From Macrostomum lignano (taxonomy: Eukaryota): 64,000 nt of DNA. The stretch covers positions 124,001 through 188,000 of the forward strand of contig NIVC01001698.1 in assembly GCA_002269645.1 (NCBI GenBank). The letters are read 5' to 3'. Positions 25,601 through 36,400 of the stretch are shown piece by piece. The notes beneath the pieces were generated by a model. The model made no database searches. It was given only the letters and a program-made list of their open reading frames with translations, and was not told the DNA's origin. How positions within the stretch are numbered: position 1 is the first letter of the stretch; each line of letters begins with the position of its first letter. The translations under genes and the position numbers were made by a program.

Positions 25601-28600
25601 GAAGACGTCCATGATGAAGGCCTCCGGGCCGGGTTTCCTCGGCGAGTTCAGCCTCAGGATGAGGTACATGGCCGACACCTGGCGGCTGTCCGCTGCCGGG
25701 CTGACTGAGTAGCAGTTGAAGTACCTGGGGCTGGACACCAGGCTGAAGGTGAGGCCGCAGTCCCTGGCCTTGCCAACAAAGGAGTAGCTGCCCTGAATGA
25801 TGAGGCAGTGCAGCAGCAGCTCGCCGGCCTTGTGCCCCATCTCAGTGGCCAGCTCCGGTTCCAGGTTCTGGTAGTACACGCTCAGCTTGTCGTACTGGGT
25901 CAGCTTGTGCGCCAGGTAGTCGCTGTTGCCTAGCAACAGCCGGCCGGTGAGATTGCGCAGCATCCGGTTGAAGTCGCTGGGCGAGAGGACTCCGCCGCGG
26001 CGCCACAGGCGGTGAGCGCCATGCGAGAATGGGTAGTGGCTGCACAGAGTGACGGTGGGGAAGGCGCTGGCATTGTTGAACAGCATGGAGGTCTGGATGG
26101 CCACATCGTAGTCCCAGTAGTTGCTGATGATGCGGCAGCTGGAGTACAGCAGCAGGAGGAACATCGTGAGCACGAACACCAGCCAGAGGGCGCGGAGGAA
26201 CCTCGAGCCGCTGTGTGCCACTTTGGAGACGCCGCGAAGCGAGCTGTTCTTGCAGAACAGGCGGCCCAGCTCGCTGCCCTGAGCTCCAAGGCGAGTCGTC
26301 GAGCCGGATGGCGCCGTCGACGAGAGTGCATTTGAAATCGGCGGCGGCGGCGGCGGCGGCGGCATCGTGTCGGCAACCTCGGACCCGTTGCGGCAGCGGG
26401 CGGGTGCGGAGCTTGTCAGCGGCTGCGAAAGAGGTGGAAGGAAAGAATGTCATCTGAAGCAGCGTCAGACAAACCTGCTGGACCTTCTGGACTGCGTGGA
26501 CACACACTGACGCGGACCTTGGTCCTGTTGTCGCGTGCAAAGGGGTGTCAAAACTTAGTCCCGAAGTGGAAGCGATGCATCAGAGCGGCGCGTAGAGAAA
26601 ATACGGCGGCCACGTAGACCCATGCAGGTGTCCAAGCTCCAGACTTGCCAGTCAAATTTCCAGGCAGATCTTCCTGTCGGAACTTCCAACGCTTCATTGC
26701 CCGAGAAGGTTGAGAAGCGCCGCTCTGATACATCGCTTTCATTTCGGGACTAAGTTGACAGCCCCTTTCTTGTACCTGGGCGACAGGCGACCCGCAGCCA
26801 GAAATGGAGGCAAGAGCATACGTGCCTGAGAACGCGGGTACACTTCTCAGAGGGTGTGCCGCGGCCCTGACTTTCTGTACTTGGGGGGGGGTTCCTCAGC
26901 CTCAGGCGAGCCTGAGAGGTATTTCGGCTTGAGTGCTACCGCCGACCTACTCTGTCTTTGCGTCCTCAGCTGTGACCTTTGCTTGCTTGCCAGCCGACAC
27001 AAAAGAACATTGGCCGATCCCACTCTGCCAGGCTCAGCCCCAGCTCCCGTATGATTTTATCCTACAGGTGTCGGAACTTCCATTAAGCGAGCTTCGATTT
27101 CAGCATCACATTTCTTGTCCCCTTAAACAGGAAAAGCCGAGTTGCTAAACAGTTGAGCCTCTGTTTGGCTTCTGGCCGGTTCGAATGCTTCCAGCTCTCA
27201 GAGGTGCAACCCCCCCCCCACCTGGGCAGAGCTGTAATTAATGCGATGGGGCTGCGGGACCTGCTGCTCTTGCTGTGTATTATTACTGCAGCCTTCGTGC
27301 CGGCATGAAACAAAATCTGGCACGGAAATTGATACGAGCCAACACTAGCAGGGTTGGCAGGAATGCTAATAAATTTTTGAGCTGAGTACTGGCGGGGGTT
27401 GGTGTCTGACTGTTGGGGCTGTAGTTTTTGTAAACATTCAAAACAGAAAAATATTTTGCAATCAGGCAAAAAACACTGAAATGTTTTGTTCCATGTAAAC
27501 GGAGAATCTTTGTTCTTAAAAAGAAACTGTTTATTAGATAGGCTATGAGGGGAGCTACTCGATAGGCTATGAGAGAAGCTACTAGCTAGATCGGCTATGA
27601 GGGAAGCTACTAGATCGGCTATGAGGGGAGCTACTCGATAGGCTATGAGGGAAGCTACTAGCTAGATCGGCTATGAGGGAAGCTACTAGATCGGCTATGA
27701 GGGGAGCTACTCGATAGGCTATGAGGGAAGCTACTAGCTAGATCGGCTATGAGGGAAGCTACTAGATCGGCTATGAGGGGAGCTACTCGATAGGCTATGA
27801 GGGAAGCTACTAGCTAGATCGGCTATGAGGGAAGCTACTAGATCGGCTATGAGGGGAGCTACTAGATAGGCTATGAGGGAAGCTACTAGATCGGCTATGA
27901 GGGGAGCTACTAGATAGGCTATGAGGGAAGCTACTAGATAGGCTATGAGGGGAGCTACTAGATAGGCTATGAGGGAAGCTACTAGATAGGCTATGAGGGA
28001 AGCTACTAGATAGGCTATGAGGGAAGCTACTAGCTAGATCGGCTATGAGGGAAGCTACTAGATAGGCTATGAGGGAAGCTACTAGCTAGATCGGCTATGA
28101 GGGAAGCTACTAGATCGGCTATGAGGGGAGCTACTAGATAGGCTATGAGGGAAGCTACTAGATCGGCTATGAGGGGAGCTACTAGATAGGCTATGAGGGA
28201 AGCTACTAGATAGGCTATGAGGAAGCTACTAGATAGGCTATGAGGGAAGCTACTAGATAGGCTATGAGGGGAGCTACTAGATAGGCTATGAGGGAAGCTA
28301 CTAGATAGGCTATGAGGGAAGCTACTAGATCGGCTATGAGGGAAGCTACTAGATAGGCTATGAGGGAAGCTACTAGATAGGCTATGAGGGGAGCTACTAG
28401 ATCGGCTATGAGGGGAGCTACTAGATAGGCTATGAGGGGAGCTACTAGATAGGCTATGTGGGGAGCTACTAGACAGGCTATGAGGGGAGCTACTAGATAG
28501 GCTATGAGGGGAGCTACTAGATCGGCTATGAGGGAAGCTACTAGATAGGCTATGAGGGAAGCTACTAGATCGGCTATGAGGGGAGCTACTCGATAGGCTA

Positions 28601-31600
28601 TGAGGGAAGCTACTAGCTAGATCGGCTATGAGGGAAGCTACTAGATCGGCTATGAGGGGAGTTACTAGATCGGCTATGAGGGGAGCTACTAGATAGGCTA
28701 TGAGGGAAGCTACTAGATCGGCTATGAGGGGAGCTACTAGATAGGCTATGAGGGAAGCTACTAGATAGGCTATGAGGGGAGCTACTAGATAGGCTATGAG
28801 GGAAGCTACTAGCTAGATCGGCTATGAGGGAAGCTACTAGATAGGCTATGAGGGAAGCTACTAGCTAGATCGGCTATGAGGGAAGCTACTAGATCGGCTA
28901 TGAGGGGAGCTACTAGATAGGCTATGAGGGAAGCTACTAGATCGGCTATGAGGGGAGCTACTAGATAGGCTATGAGGGAAGCTACTAGATAGGCTATGAG
29001 GAAGCTACTAGATAGGCTATGAGGGAAGCTACTAGATAGGCTATGAGGGGAGCTACTAGATAGGCTATGAGGGAAGCTACTAGATAGGCTATGAGGGAAG
29101 CTACTAGATCGGCTATGAGGGAAGCTACTAGATAGGCTATGAGGGAAGCTACTAGATAGGCTATGAGGGGAGCTACTAGATCGGCTATGAGGGGAGCTAC
29201 TAGATAGGCTATGAGGGGAGCTACTAGATAGGCTATGTGGGGAGCTACTAGACAGGCTATGAGGGGAGCTACTAGATAGGCTATGAGGGGAGCTACTAGA
29301 TCGGCTATGAGGGAAGCTACTAGATAGGCTATGAGGGAAGCTACTAGATAGGCTATGAGGGAAGCTACTAGATAGGCTATGAGGGAAGCTACTAGCTAGA
29401 TCGGCTATGAGGGAAGCTACTAGATAGGCTATGAGGGGAGCTACTAGATAGGCTATGAGGGAAGCTACTAGATAGGCTATGAGGGGAGCTACTAGATAGG
29501 CTATGAGGGAAGCTACTAGATAGGCTATGAGGGAAGCTACTAGATCGGCTATGAGGGAAGCTACTAGCTACATCGGCTATGAGGGGAGCTACTAGATAGG
29601 CTATGAGGGAAGCTACTAGATAGGCTATGAGGGAAGCTACTAGCTAGATCGGCTATGAGAGAAGCTACTAGATCGGCTATGAGGGGAGCTACTAGATAGG
29701 CTATGAGGGAAGCTACTAGATCGGCTATGAGGGGAGCTACTAGATAGGCTATGAGGGAAGCTACTAGATAGGCTATGAGGGGAGCTACTAGATAGGCTAT
29801 GAGGGAAGCTACTAGATAGGCTATGAGGGAAGCTACTAGATAGGCTATGAGGGGAGCTACTAGATAGGCTATGAGGGGAGCTACTAGATAGGCTATGAGG
29901 GGAGCTACTAGATAGGCTATGAGGGAAGCTACTAGATAGGCTATGAGGGAAGCTACTAGATCGGCTATGAGGGGAGCTACTCGATAGGCTATGAGGGAAG
30001 CTACTAGCTAGATCGGCTATGAGGGAAGCTACTAGATCGGCTATGAGGGGAGTTACTAGATCGGCTATGAGGGGAGCTACTAGATAGGCTATGAGGGAAG
30101 CTACTAGATCGGCTATGAGGGGAGCTACTAGATAGGCTATGAGGGAAGCTACTAGATAGGCTATGAGGGGAGCTACTAGATAGGCTATGAGGGAAGCTAC
30201 TAGCTAGATCGGCTATGAGGGAAGCTACTAGATAGGCTATGAGGGAAGCTACTAGCTAGATCGGCTATGAGGGAAGCTACTAGATCGGCTATGAGGGGAG
30301 CTACTAGATAGGCTATGAGGGAAGCTACTAGATCGGCTATGAGGGGAGCTACTAGATAGGCTATGAGGGAAGCTACTAGATAGGCTATGAGGAAGCTACT
30401 AGATAGGCTATGAGGGAAGCTACTAGATAGGCTATGAGGGGAGCTACTAGATAGGCTATGAGGGAAGCTACTAGATAGGCTATGAGGGAAGCTACTAGAT
30501 CGGCTATGAGGGAAGCTACTAGATAGGCTATGAGGGAAGCTACTAGATAGGCTATGAGGGGAGCTACTAGATCGGCTATGAGGGGAGCTACTAGATAGGC
30601 TATGAGGGGAGCTACTAGATAGGCTATGTGGGGAGCTACTAGACAGGCTATGAGGGGAGCTACTAGATAGGCTATGAGGGGAGCTACTAGATCGGCTATG
30701 AGGGAAGCTACTAGATAGGCTATGAGGGAAGCTACTAGATAGGCTATGAGGGAAGCTACTAGATAGGCTATGAGGGAAGCTACTAGCTAGATCGGCTATG
30801 AGGGAAGCTACTAGATAGGCTATGAGGGGAGCTACTAGATAGGCTATGAGGGAAGCTACTAGATAGGCTATGAGGGGAGCTACTAGATAGGCTATGAGGG
30901 AAGCTACTAGATAGGCTATGAGGGAAGCTACTAGATCGGCTATGAGGGAAGCTACTAGCTACATCGGCTATGAGGGGAGCTACTAGATAGGCTATGAGGG
31001 AAGCTACTAGATAGGCTATGAGGGAAGCTACTAGCTAGATCGGCTATGAGAGAAGCTACTAGATCGGCTATGAGGGGAGCTACTAGATAGGCTATGAGGG
31101 AAGCTACTAGATCGGCTATGAGGGGAGCTACTAGATAGGCTATGAGGGAAGCTACTAGATAGGCTATGAGGGGAGCTACTAGATAGGCTATGAGGGAAGC
31201 TACTAGATAGGCTATGAGGGAAGCTACTAGATAGGCTATGAGGGGAGCTACTAGATAGGCTATGAGGGGAGCTACTAGATAGGCTATGAGGGGAGCTACT
31301 AGATAGGCTATGAGGGAAGCTACTAGATAGGCTATGAGGGAAGCTACTAGATCGGCTATGAGGGAAGCTACTAGCTACATCGGCTATGAGGGGAGCTACT
31401 AGATAGGCTATGAGGAAGCTACTAGATAGGCTATGAGGGGAGCTACTAGATCGGCTATGAGGGGAGCTACTAGATAGGCTATTAGGGAAGCTACTAGATA
31501 GGTTATGAGGGGAGCTACTAGAAAGGCTATGAGGGGAGCTACTAGATCGGCTATGAGGGAAGCTACTAGATAGGCTATGAGGGAAGCTACTAGATAGGCT

Positions 31601-31706
31601 ATGAGGGAAGCTACTAGATAGGCTATGAGGGAAGCTATTAGCTGGACAATTAGAGAAGCAGGCTGCTCACCTCCAATAGAATTCCCTCACTGCACGTGTC
31701 CGCCAT
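22699..31706 (-). CDS. DEG/ENaC (amiloride-sensitive sodium channel family) subunit, about 586 aa
   Basis: Exons 31706-31671 (12 codons, predicted), 26422-25516, 25067-24791 and 23239-22699, with phases 0/1/2 consistent. TM1 (ALWLVFVLTMFLLLLYS), FPTVTLC, YFNCY, GLRLLLHE, Cys-rich thumb, and TM2 IGGLCSLYLGLTMAFFVELLE. Confidence 0.92.
23686..24778. repeat. Intronic minisatellite, 34-40 bp unit GACACTCA(TCA)GCTGAGCACCCGCACTGGCAATCCCT
   Basis: About 30 copies starting 12 nt from the donor at 24790; a single inverted copy lies at 23429-23458. Confidence 0.95.
25143..25420. repeat. Intronic minisatellite, 30 bp unit ACACAGAGCTGCTGGCAGATTCCCACTGCA
   Basis: About 9 copies in DEG/ENaC intron 25515-25068. 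Confidence 0.93.
26538..26768. mobile_element. MITE-like element with about 50 bp imperfect terminal inverted repeats
   Basis: Left arm GGGGTGTCAAAACTTAGTCCCGAAGTGGAAGCGATGCATCAGAGCGGCGC (26542-26591); right arm GCGCCGCTCTGATACATCGCTTTCATTTCGGGACTAAGTTGACAGCCCC (26717-26765); no clear TSD. Confidence 0.6.
27538..31640. repeat. Satellite, 24 bp unit GGCTATGAGGG(A/G)AGCTACTAGAT(A/C), with higher-order duplications
   Basis: 4.1 kb array inside the predicted first DEG/ENaC intron; a rare variant recurs at 28452, 29231 and 30622. Confidence 0.96.
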
Positions 31707-32646
31707 TGCAGTCTGGGAACTCAGCTGAGCTGAATTTCGCTGACTGATTTATGCAGCCCAGCCTGGCATCTCCGGCACGTTTTGATTGGCTGGAGCACAG
31801 AGCTTTGCCAAAGGCCTTCTACATGGAACAGTTGCTGCAGCCCGGGCAAGCGCTTATAAATTATCCCAGGGCCAAATTACGTGCTAGATGTTGCCTATCG
31901 TACTAAAAATAGATCGGGATACATGAGTCCCAGCTGTTTATTCTGCGGAAAAGTTTGAGCAGAGTTTGAAATCCATCAAAACTTTAAAAGTTAACTTTAA
32001 AGCCGCCATTATTAGGGTTCTTAGCGATTCTGTCGTCTTTTAGAAGAAAAGGACTTAAGCTCAGGGCTCAGAGCTGCTCAGCCAATGCTCCCGGAAGAGC
32101 GGCAGTCGCCAATTCCCAATGGAAGCCGAGAATCCCCATGGCAAGAGCAGCTTATGGAGGCAGATTTAATCAGTTTTCCCAGGACTCGCAAGTTCGGGAG
32201 GCTGGGCGGGAAATGAACGCCAGGCAATAATTCGGCTTCTGGAAGCAGGAGGCCGTGTTGCCGCCGGCAACGAGGAGGGGACGATGAGGTGCAGCAGATA
32301 ATGAGATTGGTGAATCAGAGTGGATCAGGTGCGTGTCCCCAGTGACCGATAGACTCAGGCTGAGCAGCTAAATGATAACTGAAACTGCTCTGGGAAGCTG
32401 GGCCGCTTGATTGATGCAGGAGAGAGGCTGAGGTCTGACTGAGAAGTGAAACAAGTACTACTCAGGGACCACTAGAAGCTATCGGTGCATAAGGAGGTGG
32501 CACTCGTGTTTATTGTTGCTCAGGAATTTTTGCAATTTTTTTCTACTTATTAAAAATTTTGCTCTTTTAAATAAAAATATTAATGCACTTTATTGTCATA
32601 ATTGAGAGAAACACTGAAGCACTTGTGGGTCCTGATAGCACCGTGT

Positions 32647-32678
32647 TAGAAGAAGAAGAAGAAGAAGAAGAAGAAGAA

Positions 32679-32764
<86 letters not shown>

Positions 32765-32803
32765 GGATGTTGATGATGATGATGACGATGATGACGATGA
32801 TGA
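32647..32803. repeat. Compound microsatellite (GAA)n(GAT)n
   Basis: Direct reading. Confidence 0.97.
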
Positions 32804-33115
32804 TCGGGTCGGACGACAGCCACGAGAGAAACCCCGGACTGTCGCACCGGCCCTTTTTCTAAACGACTGACGGAAGTAGCCGACCCGGACGTCGAAAAAC
32901 ACAAGGCCAAACACACAGATAGTGAAGAAAGGAGATGATCGGGTCGGACAGCTGCTAGAAAGTATCGTGCAGAGACAGCAAAGTGTGAAGGCTGTGGTCG
33001 AGACTTGTCCAAAACTAATATGGCAAGACACAGACAAACGTGCAGGGGAACGTAGCTATCGGTGTCCCATGCCCTTCGGGCGAGAACGGGATGAAGAAAA
33101 AGAAGATGATGATGA
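32804..33115 (+). mobile_element. Possible 3' remnant of an RTE-like non-LTR retrotransposon
   Basis: One frame encodes EERR*SGRTAARKYRAETAKCEGCGRDLSKTNMARHRQTC (CCHC finger) followed by a microsatellite tail. Confidence 0.4.
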
Positions 33116-33199
<84 letters not shown>

Positions 33200-33200
33200 G

Positions 33201-33241
<41 letters not shown>

Positions 33242-33242
33242 G

Positions 33243-33291
<49 letters not shown>
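33116..33291. repeat. Microsatellite (CTA)n
   Basis: Direct reading. Confidence 0.97.
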
Positions 33292-33400
33292 GATAGTTGT
33301 AAAAAAGAAGCATTTTACTATTTTTCAAGCATGATTTTATTTGTTCCAAAAATTATGAGCAATTAAGCCATGAAGCAAATTAATGTAAAGTCGTTCCGCT

Positions 33401-36400
33401 TTAACAAGGAAAAGTCTTGTCATGTTTGCGCGCATTCCGGAAATGACAAATGAATTTCCGCTTGCAGTTTCCGGTACACACAGCGGGCTGGTCGCTGGGA
33501 ACATTCAGCTTGTAGTGAAACCTGAATGTTTTAAATGTTCTGTGAGAATGTGCTCGGGAACTGCAATTCAGAGCTAAAAAGCGACTCACCGGTAGAACTT
33601 CTGAAACAGGCTGTCGTCGGATTCGAACCGCCGGACCAGGTCGGCCCAGCTTTGTGGGAAGGCGAATTGCATGCCGTAGGCGGACTGGCAATCGTCAGGA
33701 ATGAGTTTCATTGTTGGGGAAATGAGTGGCTTGTAAATTTAAACTAATTAGCCCAACTACTCACCGTGGTGTTGTACTCAAGGAACCAGACTGGCTCCCT
33801 GCCCTGCCCTGCCAAGTTGGCTTCCGTGAGGTTGAATATGTAGTTGCTGTAGCTGAGCACTTGCTGCAGTGGGTGGGTGAGCTGCTTGGGTCAGGGTGGG
33901 TGAGGGTTGCTTGGGTCAGGGTGGGTGAGAGTTGCTTGGGTCAGGGTGGGTGAGGGTTGCTTGGGTCAGGGTGGGTGAGGGTTGCTTGGGTCAGGGTGGG
34001 TGAGAGTTGCTTGGGTCAGGGTGGGTGAGAGTTGCTTGGGTCAGGGTGGGTGAGGGTTGCTTGGGTCAGGGTGGGTGAGAGTTGCTTGGGTCAGGGTGGG
34101 TGAGGGTTGCTTGGGTCAGGGTGGGTGAGGGTTGCTTGGGTCAGGGTGGGTGAGGGTTGCTTGGGTCAGGGTGGGTGAGGGTTGCTTGGGTCAGGGTGGG
34201 TGAGAGTTGCTTGGGTCAGGGTGGGTGAGGGTTGCTTGGGTCAGGGTGGGTGAGAGTTGCTTGGGTCAGGGTGGGTGAGAGTTGCTTGGGTCAGGGTGGG
34301 TGGGGGTTGCTTGGGTCAGGGTGGGTGAGGGTTGCTTGGGTCAGGGTGGGTGAGAGTTGCTTGGGTCAGGGTGGGTGAGGGTTGCTTGGGTCAGGGTGGG
34401 TGAGGGTTGCTTGGGTCAGGGTGGGTGAGAGTTGCTTGGGTCAGGGTGGGTGAGAGTTGCTTGGGTCAGGGTGGGTGAGGGTTGCTTGGGTCAGGGTGGG
34501 TGAGAGTTGCTTGGGTCAGGGTGGGTGAGGGTTGCTTGGGTCAGGGTGGGTGAGAGTTGCTTGGGTCAGGGTGGGTGAGGGTTGCTTGGGTCAGGGTGGG
34601 TGAGGGTTGCTTGGGTCAGGGTGGGTGAGAGTTGCTTGGGTCAGGGTGGGTGAGGGTTGCTTGGGTCAGGGTGGGTGAGGGTTGCTTGGGTCAGGGTGGG
34701 TGAGGGTTGCTTGGGTCAGGGTGGGTGAGGGTTGCTTGGGTCAGGGTGGGTGAGGGTTGCTTGGGTCAGGGTGGGTGAGGGTTGCTTGGGTCAGGGTGGG
34801 TGAGAGTTGCTTGGGTCAGGGTGGGTGAGGGTTGCTTGGGTCAGGGTGGGTGAGGGTTGCTTGGGTCAGGGTGGGTGAGGGTTGCTTGGGTCAGGGTGGG
34901 TGAGGGTTGCTTGGGTCAGCATTCATAGTTTATGAAGTCATAGCCAAATTAAGCTGTCACAATGTTCCAAGAAATCAGTAGAGCAGCTTGTTTATTTGCT
35001 CAGTTTACATTCCTAGTGAGTGCAGCTGGTGATGTCACTCACGAATGACGCCCCAGAGTAATTTCCATCAACTTCGTAGATCCGGTATGACGGGTTCTGC
35101 GAAGTCTTCAGGCTACCAGACACATAGATGGTGCCGAAGGCTCGGGTCTGGTTGGCTGGGTCCAGCATCACGGCGAAGTTGTCCAGGTGGGTGTGGCCGA
35201 AAAAGTGACCGGCGATTGTCGACTCGTATCTGCGAGTGTGTGTGACTGTGCGTTAGGGAATCCATGCCTTGGGGAATCCATGCCTTGGGGAATCCATGCT
35301 TGGGGAATCAATGCCTTGGGGAATCCATGCCTTGGGGAATCCATGCCTTGGGGATCCATGCTTGGGGAATCCATGCCTCAGGATCCATGCCTAATGGATT
35401 CCATGCCTTAGGGAATCCATGCCTTGGGGAATCCATGCCTTGGGGAATCCATGCCTTGTGGGAATCCATGCTTGGGAATCAATGCCTTGGGGAATCCATG
35501 CCTTGGGGAATCCATGCCTTGGGGAATCCATGCCTTGGGGAATCCATGCCTCAGGGAATCCATGCATTGGGGAATTCACGCCTTAGGGAATCCATGCAGT
35601 ATACCCAAATGCACAGCTGATGTCTATGGCAGCATCCGCTAGTGCAAAGCTGATGTCTATGGCGGCATCCTCTGCCATTTAACCCCGTCTTTACCGCTCA
35701 GCAATTTTAAAATAATTCCACGAGTAGCCCTTGATCACGCCGTTGGGCGGGATGTGGCCCAGTACGTGCACTTTCTCGCCGCTGTCCTCAGCCCGCTGCA
35801 GAACGTCGATGAACCACTGGTACTGGCCGTCCGGGTCGGTCAGGTTGCCTAGCAGCCACCTGCGGTTTGTTTTAATGAAAAATACCTATTCAACTTCAAG
35901 CGCTAATCTGGGAAGGGTGGATCGATCGATTTCCAAGAAAAACGCACCAGTTCAAATCGCCGCCATAGTTCATGTTGAGCGACACAACGCGCAGGCCGGG
36001 CCTCAGCAGATGCGTGTAGTAGCCGCCTCTGAAAGTGTGAAATCAGAGTGTGAGAGTCAGAGAAGTGAGAGTCGGGGAGGTGAGAGTCGGAGAGGTGAGA
36101 GTCCGAGAGGTGAGAGTCGGAGAGGTGAGAGTCGGTGAGGTGAGAGTCGGTGAGGTGAGAGTCGGAGAGATGAGAGTCGGAGAGGTGAGAGTCAGAGAGG
36201 TGAGAGTCGGAGAGGTGAGAGTCGGAGAGGTGAGAGTCAGAGAGATGAGAGTCAGAGAGGTTGGAGTCGGAGAGGTGAGAGTCAGAGAGATGAGAGTCAG
36301 AGAGGTTGGAGTCAAAGAGGTGAGAGTCGGAGAGGTGAGAGTCGGAGAGGTGAGAGTCAGAGAGGTGAGAGTCGGTGAGGTGAGAGTCAGAGAGATGAGA

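Noticed and set aside
32583-33366. Poly-D/E, poly-Y, poly-L and poly-S proteins
   Set aside because: Translations of pure microsatellites.
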